A program made the position numbers and the translations under genes. From the NCBI GenBank assembly GCA_002245135.1, contig NGBS01000329.1:1-64000 (forward strand): a DNA stretch of 64,000 bases, in the 5' to 3' direction. The number at the start of each line of letters is the position of its first letter. Position 1 is the stretch's first letter. Shown piece after piece: positions 1-11,207 of this stretch. Under the pieces are notes generated by a model. It was not told where the DNA came from. It ran no database searches and worked only from the letters and a program-made list of their open reading frames with translations. The DNA comes from Proteromonas lacertae (Eukaryota).

Positions 1-1660
1 GGTATGATATATATTTATATTTATTGTTTTTTCAATAGAAAATTTGTTATATAAACTGAGAATAGAAAATATGGAAATAATATTAGAAAGTGAAAAACTG
101 ATAATCAAAAATGAGAATTGGTTATTGAATGTATTAATGAGATGGTATAAAAATGAAGAAAAGAAGATAGAAGAAGGAAAAGAAAAGAAAGAATTGCGTA
201 AAGAATTCACAAGATTGTTAATTAAATCAATTGATATAAACAGTTTAACAATTGATAAAATAGAAGAAATGTATTAAATAAATTAAAAAATATAGAAATA
301 AGTGATTATGTGATGGAAATGAAACATAAACCAAAAACATATTAGATTGGAATTGTGAAGAAATCAAAGATGAAAAGAATAAAAGAAATAATAATAAGAT
401 ATTATAAAAATGAAGAAGAAATGATAAAAGAAGAAAATTTGATTCTATTAAATAATGAAAAGATAATCTCAATATTATGAATAAGAAAAATATAAAAATG
501 AAAGAGATTGGATTATTAATAATAATAGAAAGTGGAAAAGACTATAAGTGTATAATCTATTGATTTAATATAACTATAATAGTTTCTAAAAAGATGAAAA
601 GAGATGTATTGTTAGATTTATTATTAGAATATGAAAAGAAAAAGAGTGATATGATAGTAAAATGTTTGTGTTATTTTGTAAATGATGAAGAATCAATAAC
701 TATAATAAAACATTTCTGTGGAAATAAAATATTATATGAATTATTAAATTATGATTGTTATTTATCAAAAGAACCTAAAGAATTATTGATAAAACAGTAT
801 TAACAAAATGATAAATGGAATATGATGAAGAATATGAAATAGAAAAGGAGATATTAAAACAAATAAAAAATGAAGAAATATTGAAAGAAATAGAAACTAA
901 AGAAATTTCATCATTTACATATCCTCAATTAGAATATTCATTTTATGAAGAAATCTCATTAATTCCTTCATTTGATGGAACAAGATGTAGATTTTCAATA
1001 AATCCATCATTACCAAATGGAATAGAAATAGATAAACAAAGTGGAATAATTCATGGAAAAGTGGAAGAGAGTTTTGTGAAAAGTGAATATGAGATAATAT
1101 GTAAGAATAGTAAAAATGAAAAAGAGAATCAAACTCTCATTAGAATTTAATGTTATATTTACAGAGTTAAACAAAAGTGATGATATTACAATATCAAATA
1201 ATGGAAAATTAATAACAAATATGAATAATGGCTATAATCATTGTTATTTGAATATAAAAATGGAAAGTGGAGTTTATCATATTAAATATAAATATTATAA
1301 CACATTATCAAATGATTTTAGTAGTATTTATATAGGATTATCAACTAATAATACATATTCTGATAATAAACTTTATGATAATCAAACATGTTATTATTGT
1401 ACAGATGAAGATATATTCCAGAAGATTATTGGTGGATATTCTTGCATTGGAACAGTAGTTACTTCAAATCCAAATTTCAATAATTGTGGAGATGGTTCAA
1501 GTTATGAAGTGATAGTTGATATGAATAAAGAGAATTTTGGATAAGTCATAATGATTCATCTGCTGTTTTACTTGTAAAAGATTTACCTTCTCCATTATAT
1601 CCATATGCTGAATTAGTATGGAAATACACATCAATAGAATTATTATCATTTTCTCATTAA
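1..1660 (+). pseudogene. 3' part of a BACK / putative Ig (He_PIG-like) / SPRY-like multidomain gene, disrupted by several frameshifts and stops
   Basis: ORF fragments 44-277 (ILESEKLIIKNENWLLNVLMRW, BACK-like), 815-1150 (FSINPSLPNGIEIDKQSGIIHG, Ig-like) and 1116-1544 (SPRY-like) lie in different frames. The natural stop is TAA at 1658-1660. The duplicate at 10927-11136 has an extra A that restores the last frame. Confidence 0.55.
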
Positions 1661-1667
1661 ACAGTTT

Positions 1668-4047
1668 CTGGGGTCGGCAGGACGGGGACAGGACGAGGGA
1701 TAGGGACGGACACGTCCCGGGACAAAAACCCTATCGGACGTCCATTTCCTCACGCTCAACTACCAATATGAGATATAATTCTATAGAATCTTAAATTTTT
1801 CTTTTAATTTTTGTAAAAAATAAATTAATAATAAAAAAGAAATATAATTAATAAGTTGGCTTTGTGGTGGTCTGATATATTCATCATAATCACTTTCTTC
1901 ATCTTCATCATCATCTTCATCATAATCGTCATCATAATCGTCATGGTCATAACTATCTTCATTTTTATTTATTCTGTCATTCAGTTGTTTCATTTTATTC
2001 TCATCATATTATTAATTAAACTAATATTGAGTTTGTTCCTTGTTTTATTATGAATAAATGACTCAATACTAAACGTTCTTTCAATATATGCAGAACTTGT
2101 AGGGATTATGTTTAGATAATCAAATATTCTTTTCAAATTGGAAAATAACATCCGTAGCTATTGTACCATATCTTCGGATTCATTTCCTTCGAATTATCAA
2201 AAATATCAGCTGGAGACCTTCCATATCTCATTCTATTTTCAAAATAATATAACTCTTCTGTAAGCTTTTTATCACAAATATGAGAAAATCTATTTAAAAT
2301 GTATCTTTTTATACTATTAACAATTCTTTCATTAAATTTTTTGGAACTACTCACGTCTAAATACTCACTTAATATCAATATGCTATAATTGATTAGTTTC
2401 TTCTCTTTTTGATATATTACACTTATTTTTTCTTTTTCTGTGCTACTCATTCTACATAGATCCTTTTTAGCTTTAGAGAGTACTTTATATGCAAATGAAA
2501 GAGTAGAATTGTCTCTACTCAAATATTGAACTTTTTGGTATTTATATTCTGTAATATTATATAATTCTTTAATTATAGGTATTTCATTCTTATCTAATAA
2601 GTTAATTCTTACAAGTATCTCTTGATTATCTAACACACCTTTAAAAAGCTGGAAGTAACTACTCCAGCGAGTAGTAACTCCCTTTCTTATTTGTATAAAC
2701 TTTTTCAATTTATTGAATATTATTCTTCTAATCGTAACTGACGTATTTAGCTTATGAGCTATTGTATTACATTTATCTAAAATAGATTTATATTTATTAA
2801 GCTCCAAAACTTTCTTACAAACTAAATTAAGTGCGTGGCTAATACAGCCACAAATAATCATAGGAGCATTGTTTATACTCTGGATTATCTTGCCTACACG
2901 CTTCATGGTGTAGTTGTTGTCGCTGCTAACTGCCACAATTTTATCAAGAGTAATACCATACTTTAATAACGTAGTCTCTATTAGTTTGACTATATTTTTG
3001 GCTGTTTGATTCTCATCAATAAATACTGACTCGAGAAAGTAAGTATTAATTTGTTTCACAGCAATATTTATGATGGATCTATTATTTGTATTAGTCCATC
3101 CATCTATTATAATACACGTTTTTCTTTAATTATATCTTTAACAGACTTGATTGAACCAAGTTTAATGGAAGGGTTGATAGATTTGATTAAGTTTTTAAAT
3201 GTTTTTGATTCAATCAACTTAAAACTACATGAATTCTCTATAATAAAATCAGCTAAATAACCGTTAATCTTTCTCTGATTGTATTTTGTTAGATCAAGTT
3301 TTTCTTGAACAATTTTACTTTTTTTGCAGCTAATAAATTATAATCTATATATATGTATACTTTTTCACATGTCTTTTTAAGCAAGTGGCATGACATACAA
3401 CCATTTCTTTACATGTTTTACATTCAATTCTTTTCGACTTTTCAGTAGGCTTGGTTATGCTTACGTTTGTATTGAAGTAGTTATATACTTGATCATAATG
3501 TCTTTTTACTGCTGACATTATAAAATGCAGCTTGAAAAATTCAAGTTTTTTGATAATTTTATCTTATTCTCTATAAACAGTCAATACGATTTGATATTTT
3601 GTATTAAAATTTATTTTATTAACATAACCCATGCAAATTAAAAAATATTTAAAAAATAGATAATTTATAATTAGTTGTAATTAATGTATGTTATATTTGA
3701 TGTATAATTATATATAATAACTAATTACTATTAATTAATGCATTTAAATCATATTCAGAGGTTATTCAGACCATATTATTTTGATCATTAGAAAACATAT
3801 GATTATTGCATCATATAATTATATATATGTCCTTATTAACTATATTTCAGACTATTTATGCCATAATTATGAAAAATGAAACCAAAAAATATCGGGACAG
3901 AGAAAATATGCTCTACCGCTTACTCCTTACAGATTATACTGTCCTTGGACAAAATGGACAGGTTCGATTTCTGTACAGAGGAAGCGAGAGCGGAACGGGA
4001 CAGGGGACGGGACAAAAACAAAAAGGACGTCCCTCTGCCGACCCCAG
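1668..4047 (-). mobile_element. hAT DNA transposon 1 (2380 bp)
   Basis: Perfect 13-bp TIR CTGGGGTCGGCAG (1668-1680 / 4035-4047). 8-bp TSD AACAGTTT (1660-1667 / 4048-4055). GGGAC-rich subterminal repeats. Empty site at 10920-10927. Confidence 0.95.
1781..3518 (-). pseudogene. hAT transposase (BED finger, DDE core, C-terminal dimerisation motif) with about 3 frame breaks
   Basis: BED finger CKTC...LKRH with intron 3330-3360. Motifs IIDGW, SSDNN, CISH, RWSS, IERTFS. Frame breaks near 3120, 2135 and 1995. Confidence 0.85.
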
Positions 4048-4280
4048 AACAGTTTATAACATCAATTTTATTTACTCAAATCTATTATATTTATGAGAAT
4101 ATTAAAATACAACTTATTTTAAAATTTTATCATCATTATAAACTGTATATTGAGTATAAAAAAGTAATATCAGATGTATTAATCATAAAATACACAAAAA
4201 ACAACAAAATATAAACAATAATATTATATAATATTAAAATCATTATAAGAATAAGAATAATATATATTTATATTTATATT

Positions 4281-7200
4281 CTAATAGTAATATTTGTTTA
4301 TCATTTCTGGTAAATAATCGACATCATTTCGACAAAAATATTCTTCCCATAATCTCATATGACGCATATGACAACTTGGTCTTAAACTCTCTTCAGTTCG
4401 AACATATCGATCATTTCGGAATTCATTTATATTCTTATCATCTAAGATATGAGTCCAAATTGATACACTGTGAGTTGCTGCTTCATTTTCAACTCGTTCT
4501 CTTTCACTGTTAAACATAAATGTACCAAATCGACCACTATAAACATTATCAGCTAAAAACAACAACAACTTTGTATTAAATTCAAATGCACAAGGATATT
4601 GATATAATATTTGATATAATACATCCATAAACAACAAAAATACTGGACTTCGTTTACTGTCATTAAAATCACCATTATTCATTCCATGACGACGAGCAAA
4701 ATTATGACCAAAACTACACCATTCTTTCTCAATCACTTCACAGAATCCACGAATTGTTCGATAATAAGGATCTAGTAATAATTCAGTTCCACAAACCATT
4801 TGACTGGTTCGATCCCAACCATCACTACAATGACTAAAGACACTACATCCTTCATCTTCTAAGATTTCCACACATCGAACTAATGAACACATTACACTTC
4901 GAACTTGTTGTAACCAACCAGCATCATTTAATCGTTTTGTAAATGTTTCATCATCTCCACGAACTTGTTTGTTATAGTATAAATCCATCATCTTATATAA
5001 ACTCTCTCGAGCACCATGAATATTAGCAATATTCATAAAATACATATTCATTCCAGGATAAAACGCTGGATTTTCAGTACCTTTACCCATTGAACGATTC
5101 CCAAATGCAGCTATTTGACTTCGAGCATCAACTACATAATATTTATCTTTACGACATTCACAACAACTGGCTAATAAAGGTAATAACTTCTCATCACTAC
5201 TACTTCGTTTGTTTTGTAAACCAGTATTTGGTTGAGCACTTCGACATAATATTGCATTCGTTATTGGATGACGCCAAACAGGAACTGGAATACGATTACT
5301 ACTTCGATATTTACAGATTTGGTCTAATTCTCGATCATTTATACTAGCACTTGTTAAGAATCTCATTGGATAACTTGGACTTATATCATAACCTTGAACT
5401 ACAAATCGCAATTTTGGACAATTTAATAAACCCAATCGATCATAATCTAAACCAGCATCATATATTGCCCAACCATCGATTTCACTATCTTTATAACTAT
5501 CTTTACTTCCTTCACGAAATGCAAAGGTATTCTTTATACTGTTTTTAGGGAAAGCTTTTTTATCGATATATTTCGTTACATTATTTACAGCTTTAGATTT
5601 TCGGAAAGAAAATTCATAGAATTGATAGTTTTTGGTTCGAATTCGAATTGTATAAGGAGGAATATCTTCATAATTATGAATCATTAATAATGGAATTTGA
5701 ATATCATGATTATCTTCATTAGAATTATTGCTTTGTTGTTGTGATTGTTGTGATTGTTGTTGTTGTAATGATGGTGGAGGAGTTGAATTTGTATTACTTA
5801 ATTCATCAACATCTATACCATTGAAACTAGATGCTCTTCTTAAATTTGTATTTGGAGTTGTTGTTGCAGTGCTTTTAATATCACTTAATTCATCGATATT
5901 AATAATATTTTCTACATTCTCTTCACTTCCTTCATTTGTTGTGCTTGTTTCAGTTTTACATGGAGAGGATGGAGCTTTCTCTAAGATATTTCGCATACTT
6001 TGAGCTTTCTTTAATGCAGAGGTTGCTGTTGGATATGTATGGAATATTAATCGATAATTAGATATAAATAATTGACCACTCACCAATGTCTCATTCACAG
6101 TTGTAAAACTGTTCTTTTCACTTATACTTAAATAAGTACATTCTTCTACTACATCAACACTTTCTTTATCATATAAATATTCGGGATAATAATTGTCTTT
6201 TATATAACTCACATTCTTATCATGAGAACTAGCTCGTTTATGAGCAACTGCATTGGCAGTTTGAAATGTCACATTTAATGGTCTTTCAGCTTTCTTTATC
6301 TTTTTTACTACTTCTTTTAAACTCAAATTACTTTTCAAATCTTTACCATTTAATGATACTATTACACTCTTCAATCCTACTAAACCACTTCGTTCACATA
6401 ATCCTGGACTTCCATCACTGTTTCGTTTAAATCGACTTACAATACAATTGCCTTGATCTATTCCTAATGTGATTCCTAAACTATTATCACCAAAATTTAT
6501 TGTATTTCCACTCCATAAACTACGATTTAATTGATCATATTCACCTCGTAATGTCACTGCATGTTTCTCACGAAATGCTTCAAATCGACTCTTCTTTATT
6601 GATAAACATAGTGGAATTAATTTACTTCGAAATTCATCCACTTTCATTTCTTCAATTCCATCATATAAACATTCTATCATACTCTTTATCTTATCTTTCT
6701 TACTCAATTTATTTTCAAAATCTTTCAATATACATAATGCACTTCCCATTAATACGATATCAGGAATACATTCAGTATAAACACTTATCTTTATACTACA
6801 TAATAAGAAATCCATTATTATATGACTAACTTCGATTGGAACTTTATATGTAAATACACTCACATAACTACTACATACTAATTCACATAATTTATTATCA
6901 ATATCTTCTAAATGAGATTTTAATTTTTGTAATTGTTCAGCTGCAAATGAATCTAAAATTCGAATGTCAGTGTTGTAACCATAAATATCAAATTCAGCAT
7001 TGTGAATTAATACTTTCTCCATTAACGCAGTAAATAACCAAAATGTATCATTCTCATCCTTTAATACAGTGTAGAGATAGTTCACTAGGAAATTCTGACC
7101 TGTGTAATAACTATTTGGCTTTCTGATGTTATAAGCAAGAAGAATTTCATTAACACTCTTTCTATTCAATTCTTCTATTAGATCTACATCTGCTTTAATA

Positions 7201-7424
7201 TCATTAATTATATCTTTAGAGAGTTCTTCATGTTTTGTTTTTAATTCTGTGTATGATTCATCAGTCTCTTTTTGTAATTGGTCAATTACTTCTGAAGTAC
7301 ACCACTTCCAAATGTCTCTTCTGCATTCCTCAGGAATTCCATCTTCCAATAAGTGCTTTACTATATCGTTTGCTTCAAAGGATTCACTGTCGATTAATCC
7401 CTTCCAATAAGATACCTGCGTCAT
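4281..7424 (-). CDS. TBC-like / PDZ / PH-GRAM / myotubularin phosphoinositide 3-phosphatase, copy A (1047 aa, intronless)
   Basis: Catalytic HCSDGWDRT, plus RSAQP, DARS and IANIH motifs. PDZ-like SLGITL...IVSLNG...RPLNVTF. GRAM GQLFISNYRLIF. TBC-like GIPEECRRDIW...LLAYN...TFWLF. Confidence 0.92.
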   Translation of the reverse strand: MTQVSYWKGLIDSESFEANDIVKHLLEDGIPEECRRDIWKWCTSEVIDQLQKETDESYTELKTKHEELSKDIINDIKADVDLIEELNRKSVNEILLAYNIRKPNSYYTGQNFLVNYLYTVLKDENDTFWLFTALMEKVLIHNAEFDIYGYNTDIRILDSFAAEQLQKLKSHLEDIDNKLCELVCSSYVSVFTYKVPIEVSHIIMDFLLCSIKISVYTECIPDIVLMGSALCILKDFENKLSKKDKIKSMIECLYDGIEEMKVDEFRSKLIPLCLSIKKSRFEAFREKHAVTLRGEYDQLNRSLWSGNTINFGDNSLGITLGIDQGNCIVSRFKRNSDGSPGLCERSGLVGLKSVIVSLNGKDLKSNLSLKEVVKKIKKAERPLNVTFQTANAVAHKRASSHDKNVSYIKDNYYPEYLYDKESVDVVEECTYLSISEKNSFTTVNETLVSGQLFISNYRLIFHTYPTATSALKKAQSMRNILEKAPSSPCKTETSTTNEGSEENVENIINIDELSDIKSTATTTPNTNLRRASSFNGIDVDELSNTNSTPPPSLQQQQSQQSQQQSNNSNEDNHDIQIPLLMIHNYEDIPPYTIRIRTKNYQFYEFSFRKSKAVNNVTKYIDKKAFPKNSIKNTFAFREGSKDSYKDSEIDGWAIYDAGLDYDRLGLLNCPKLRFVVQGYDISPSYPMRFLTSASINDRELDQICKYRSSNRIPVPVWRHPITNAILCRSAQPNTGLQNKRSSSDEKLLPLLASCCECRKDKYYVVDARSQIAAFGNRSMGKGTENPAFYPGMNMYFMNIANIHGARESLYKMMDLYYNKQVRGDDETFTKRLNDAGWLQQVRSVMCSLVRCVEILEDEGCSVFSHCSDGWDRTSQMVCGTELLLDPYYRTIRGFCEVIEKEWCSFGHNFARRHGMNNGDFNDSKRSPVFLLFMDVLYQILYQYPCAFEFNTKLLLFLADNVYSGRFGTFMFNSERERVENEAATHSVSIWTHILDDKNINEFRNDRYVRTEESLRPSCHMRHMRLWEEYFCRNDVDYLPEMINKYYY

Positions 7425-7547
7425 AAGTAATCAGCAAAAAAATAATCTGATTGTTTCGAATAAAGCACCAATTTCAATCTGATTTTCGCACCAACTTTCA
7501 TCAAGTCATTTGTCAAGCTTAGATATAACAATTAAATCTTTCAATTT
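7425..7547. promoter_or_regulatory. Putative 123-bp bidirectional promoter between the divergent myotubularin copies
   Basis: This is the only sequence between the two ATGs. It contains duplicated motifs AATCTGATT (7444, 7476) and GCACCAA (7465, 7488). Confidence 0.5.
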
Positions 7548-10500
7548 ATGGCTGACTCTTGCGATTTTTGGTCATCATTAACTGATGATATTCAAAGTCA
7601 TACTGAGGATATCTTAAATAACCTCAAGACAAGCTCAGTTCCTGAAGACTCAAGATCTTCATTCTGGAAATGGTGTACTTCAGAAGTAATAGATCAATTA
7701 CAAAAAGAAACTGATGAACCTTATCCAGAATTGAAAAGTAACATTGAAGAGTTGCCAAAAGATTTAGTGACAGATATTGACCATGACATCGGATCATTAC
7801 CAGAGGAGAATCGCGAACCAGTCAAGAATATCTTAAGTGCTTACAATATTCGTAAACCTACCAGTTATTACACAGGTCAAAATTTCCTAGTGAACTATCT
7901 CTACACTGTATTAAAGGATGAGAATGATACATTTTGGTTATTTACTGCGTTAATGGAGAAAGTATTAATTCACAATGCTGAATTTGATATTTATGGTTAT
8001 AACACTGACATTCGAATTTTAGATTCATTTGCAGCTGAACAATTACAAAAATTAAAATCTCATTTAGAAGATATTGATAATAAATTATGTGAATTAGTAT
8101 GTAGTAGTTATGTGAGTGTATTTACATATAAAGTTCCAATCGAAGTTAGTCATATAATAATGGATTTCTTATTATGTAGTATAAAGATAAGTGTTTATAC
8201 TGAATGTATTCCTGATATCGTGTTAATGGGAAGTGCATTATGTATATTGAAAGATTTTGAAAATAAATTGAGTAAGAAAGATAAGATAAAGAGTATGATA
8301 GAATGTTTATATGATGGAATTGAAGAAATGAAAGTGGATGAATTTCGAAGTAAATTAATTCCACTATGTTTATCAATAAAGAAGAGTCGATTTGAAGCAT
8401 TTCGTGAGAAACATGCAGTGACATTACGAGGTGAATATGATCAATTAAATCGTAGTTTATGGAGTGGAAATACAATAAATTTTGGTGATAATAGTTTAGG
8501 AATCACATTAGGAATAGATCAAGGCAATTGTATTGTAAGTCGATTTAAACGAAACAGTGATGGAAGTCCAGGATTATGTGAACGAAGTGGTTTAGTAGGA
8601 TTGAAGAGTGTAATAGTATCATTAAATGGTAAAGATTTGAAAAGTAATTTGAGTTTAAAAGAAGTAGTAAAAAAGATAAAGAAAGCTGAAAGACCATTAA
8701 ATGTGACATTTCAAACTGCCAATGCAGTTGCTCATAAACGAGCTAGTTCTCATGATAAGAATGTGAGTTATATAAAAGACAATTATTATCCCGAATATTT
8801 ATATGATAAAGAAAGTGTTGATGTAGTAGAAGAATGTACTTATTTAAGTATAAGTGAAAAGAACAGTTTTACAACTGTGAATGAGACATTGGTGAGTGGT
8901 CAATTATTTATATCTAATTATCGATTAATATTCCATACATATCCAACAGCAACCTCTGCATTAAAGAAAGCTCAAAGTATGCGAAATATCTTAGAGAAAG
9001 CTCCATCCTCTCCATGTAAAACTGAAACAAGCACAACAAATGAAGGAAGTGAAGAGAATGTAGAAAATATTATTAATATCGATGAATTAAGTGATATTAA
9101 AAGCACTGCAACAACAACTCCAAATACAAATTTAAGAAGAGCATCTAGTTTCAATGGTATAGATGTTGATGAATTAAGTAATACAAATTCAACTCCTCCA
9201 CCATCATTACAACAACAACAATCACAACAATCACAACAACAAAGCAATAATTCTAATGAAGATAATCATGATATTCAAATTCCATTATTAATGATTCATA
9301 ATTATGAAGATATTCCTCCTTATACAATTCGAATTCGAACCAAAAACTATCAATTCTATGAATTTTCTTTCCGAAAATCTAAAGCTGTAAATAATGTAAC
9401 GAAATATATCGATAAAAAAGCTTTCCCTAAAAACAGTATAAAGAATACCTTTGCATTTCGTGAAGGAAGTAAAGATAGTTATAAAGATAGTGAAATCGAT
9501 GGTTGGGCAATATATGATGCTGGTTTAGATTATGATCGATTGGGTTTATTAAATTGTCCAAAATTGCGATTTGTAGTTCAAGGTTATGATATAAGTCCAA
9601 GTTATCCAATGAGATTCTTAACAAGTGCTAGTATAAATGATCGAGAATTAGACCAAATCTGTAAATATCGAAGTAGTAATCGTATTCCAGTTCCTGTTTG
9701 GCGTCATCCAATAACGAATGCAATATTATGTCGAAGTGCTCAACCAAATACTGGTTTACAAAACAAACGAAGTAGTAGTGATGAGAAGTTATTACCTTTA
9801 TTAGCCAGTTGTTGTGAATGTCGTAAAGATAAATATTATGTAGTTGATGCTCGAAGTCAAATAGCTGCATTTGGGAATCGTTCAATGGGTAAAGGTACTG
9901 AAAATCCAGCGTTTTATCCTGGAATGAATATGTATTTTATGAATATTGCTAATATTCATGGTGCTCGAGAGAGTTTATATAAGATGATGGATTTATACTA
10001 TAACAAACAAGTTCGTGGAGATGATGAAACATTTACAAAACGATTAAATGATGCTGGTTGGTTACAACAAGTTCGAAGTGTAATGTGTTCATTAGTTCGA
10101 TGTGTGGAAATCTTAGAAGATGAAGGATGTAGTGTCTTTAGTCATTGTAGTGATGGTTGGGATCGAACCAGTCAAATGGTTTGTGGAACTGAATTATTAC
10201 TAGATCCTTATTATCGAACAATTCGTGGATTCTGTGAAGTGATTGAGAAAGAATGGTGTAGTTTTGGTCATAATTTTGCTCGTCGTCATGGAATGAATAA
10301 TGGTGATTTTAATGACAGTAAACGAAGTCCAGTATTTTTGTTGTTTATGGATGTATTATATCAAATATTATATCAATATCCTTGTGCATTTGAATTTAAT
10401 ACAAAGTTGTTGTTGTTTTTAGCTGATAATGTTTATAGTGGTCGATTTGGTACATTTATGTTTAACAGTGAAAGAGAACGAGTTGAAAATGAAGCAGCAA

Positions 10501-10694
10501 CTCACAGTGTATCAATTTGGACTCATATCTTAGATGATAAGAATATAAATGAATTCCGAAATGATCGATATGTTCGAACTGAAGAGAGTTTAAGACCAAG
10601 TTGTCATATGCGTCATATGAGATTATGGGAAGAATATTTTTGTCGAAATGATGTCGATTATTTACCAGAAATGATAAACAAATATTACTATTAG
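7548..10694 (+). CDS. TBC-like / PDZ / PH-GRAM / myotubularin phosphatase, copy B (1048 aa, intronless)
   Basis: Protein is identical to copy A from SYYTGQN onward. The first ~105 aa are diverged. Confidence 0.92.
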   Translation: MADSCDFWSSLTDDIQSHTEDILNNLKTSSVPEDSRSSFWKWCTSEVIDQLQKETDEPYPELKSNIEELPKDLVTDIDHDIGSLPEENREPVKNILSAYNIRKPTSYYTGQNFLVNYLYTVLKDENDTFWLFTALMEKVLIHNAEFDIYGYNTDIRILDSFAAEQLQKLKSHLEDIDNKLCELVCSSYVSVFTYKVPIEVSHIIMDFLLCSIKISVYTECIPDIVLMGSALCILKDFENKLSKKDKIKSMIECLYDGIEEMKVDEFRSKLIPLCLSIKKSRFEAFREKHAVTLRGEYDQLNRSLWSGNTINFGDNSLGITLGIDQGNCIVSRFKRNSDGSPGLCERSGLVGLKSVIVSLNGKDLKSNLSLKEVVKKIKKAERPLNVTFQTANAVAHKRASSHDKNVSYIKDNYYPEYLYDKESVDVVEECTYLSISEKNSFTTVNETLVSGQLFISNYRLIFHTYPTATSALKKAQSMRNILEKAPSSPCKTETSTTNEGSEENVENIINIDELSDIKSTATTTPNTNLRRASSFNGIDVDELSNTNSTPPPSLQQQQSQQSQQQSNNSNEDNHDIQIPLLMIHNYEDIPPYTIRIRTKNYQFYEFSFRKSKAVNNVTKYIDKKAFPKNSIKNTFAFREGSKDSYKDSEIDGWAIYDAGLDYDRLGLLNCPKLRFVVQGYDISPSYPMRFLTSASINDRELDQICKYRSSNRIPVPVWRHPITNAILCRSAQPNTGLQNKRSSSDEKLLPLLASCCECRKDKYYVVDARSQIAAFGNRSMGKGTENPAFYPGMNMYFMNIANIHGARESLYKMMDLYYNKQVRGDDETFTKRLNDAGWLQQVRSVMCSLVRCVEILEDEGCSVFSHCSDGWDRTSQMVCGTELLLDPYYRTIRGFCEVIEKEWCSFGHNFARRHGMNNGDFNDSKRSPVFLLFMDVLYQILYQYPCAFEFNTKLLLFLADNVYSGRFGTFMFNSERERVENEAATHSVSIWTHILDDKNINEFRNDRYVRTEESLRPSCHMRHMRLWEEYFCRNDVDYLPEMINKYYY

Positions 10695-11136
10695 AATATA
10701 AATATAAATATATATTATTCTTATTCTTATAATGATTTTAATATTATATAATATTATTGTTTATATTTTGTTGTTTTTTGTGTATTTTATGATTAATACA
10801 TCTGATATTACTTTTTTATACTCAATATACAGTTTATAATGATGATAAAATTTTAAAATAAGTTGTATTTTAATATTCTCATAAATATAATAGATTTGAG
10901 TAAATAAAATTGATGTTATAAACTGTTTAATGAGAAAATGATAATAATTCTATTGATGTGTATTTCCATACTAATTCAGCATATGGATATAATGAAGAAG
11001 GTAAATCTTTTACAAGTAAAACAGGAGATGAATCATTATGACTTATCCAAAATTCTCTTTTATTCATATCAACAATCATTTCATAACTTGAACCATCTCC
11101 ACAATTATTGAAATTTGGATTTGAAGTAACAACTGT
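7863..11136. repeat. Right arm of the large inverted repeat (no transposon)
   Basis: Reverse complement of the left arm, with a single copy of the hAT target AAACTGTT at 10920-10927. Confidence 0.95.
10927..11136 (-). pseudogene. Orphan duplicated 3' fragment of the SPRY-like gene at 1-1660
   Basis: Matches 1452-1660 with about 6 differences. It is truncated at 11136, next to the 3' end of the ABC gene. Confidence 0.8.
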
Positions 11137-11207
11137 GATAAATTAATTAAATATGAGAATTACAAAAAATAAATATAAATAGCTAAATTATGGCTTTTTA
11201 GGTTTAT

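Larger units (their letters stand above)
1452..7112. repeat. Left arm of a large inverted repeat, interrupted by the hAT element at 1668-4047
   Basis: 1452-1667 plus 4056-7112 is the reverse complement of 7863-11136. Confidence 0.95.

Noticed and set aside
3806..4214. ORFs spanning the right end of hAT element 1
   Set aside because: They cross the TIR/TSD junction, and the GC-rich subterminal repeats simply lack stops.
5090..9885. Paired small antisense ORFs inside both myotubularin genes
   Set aside because: They occur twice only because of the inverted duplication and have no protein-like features.
4056..10919. Palindrome as a fold-back sequencing artefact
   Set aside because: The diverged but intact N-termini, synonymous differences and arm-specific transposon argue for a real structure. 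Some polishing homogenisation cannot be excluded.
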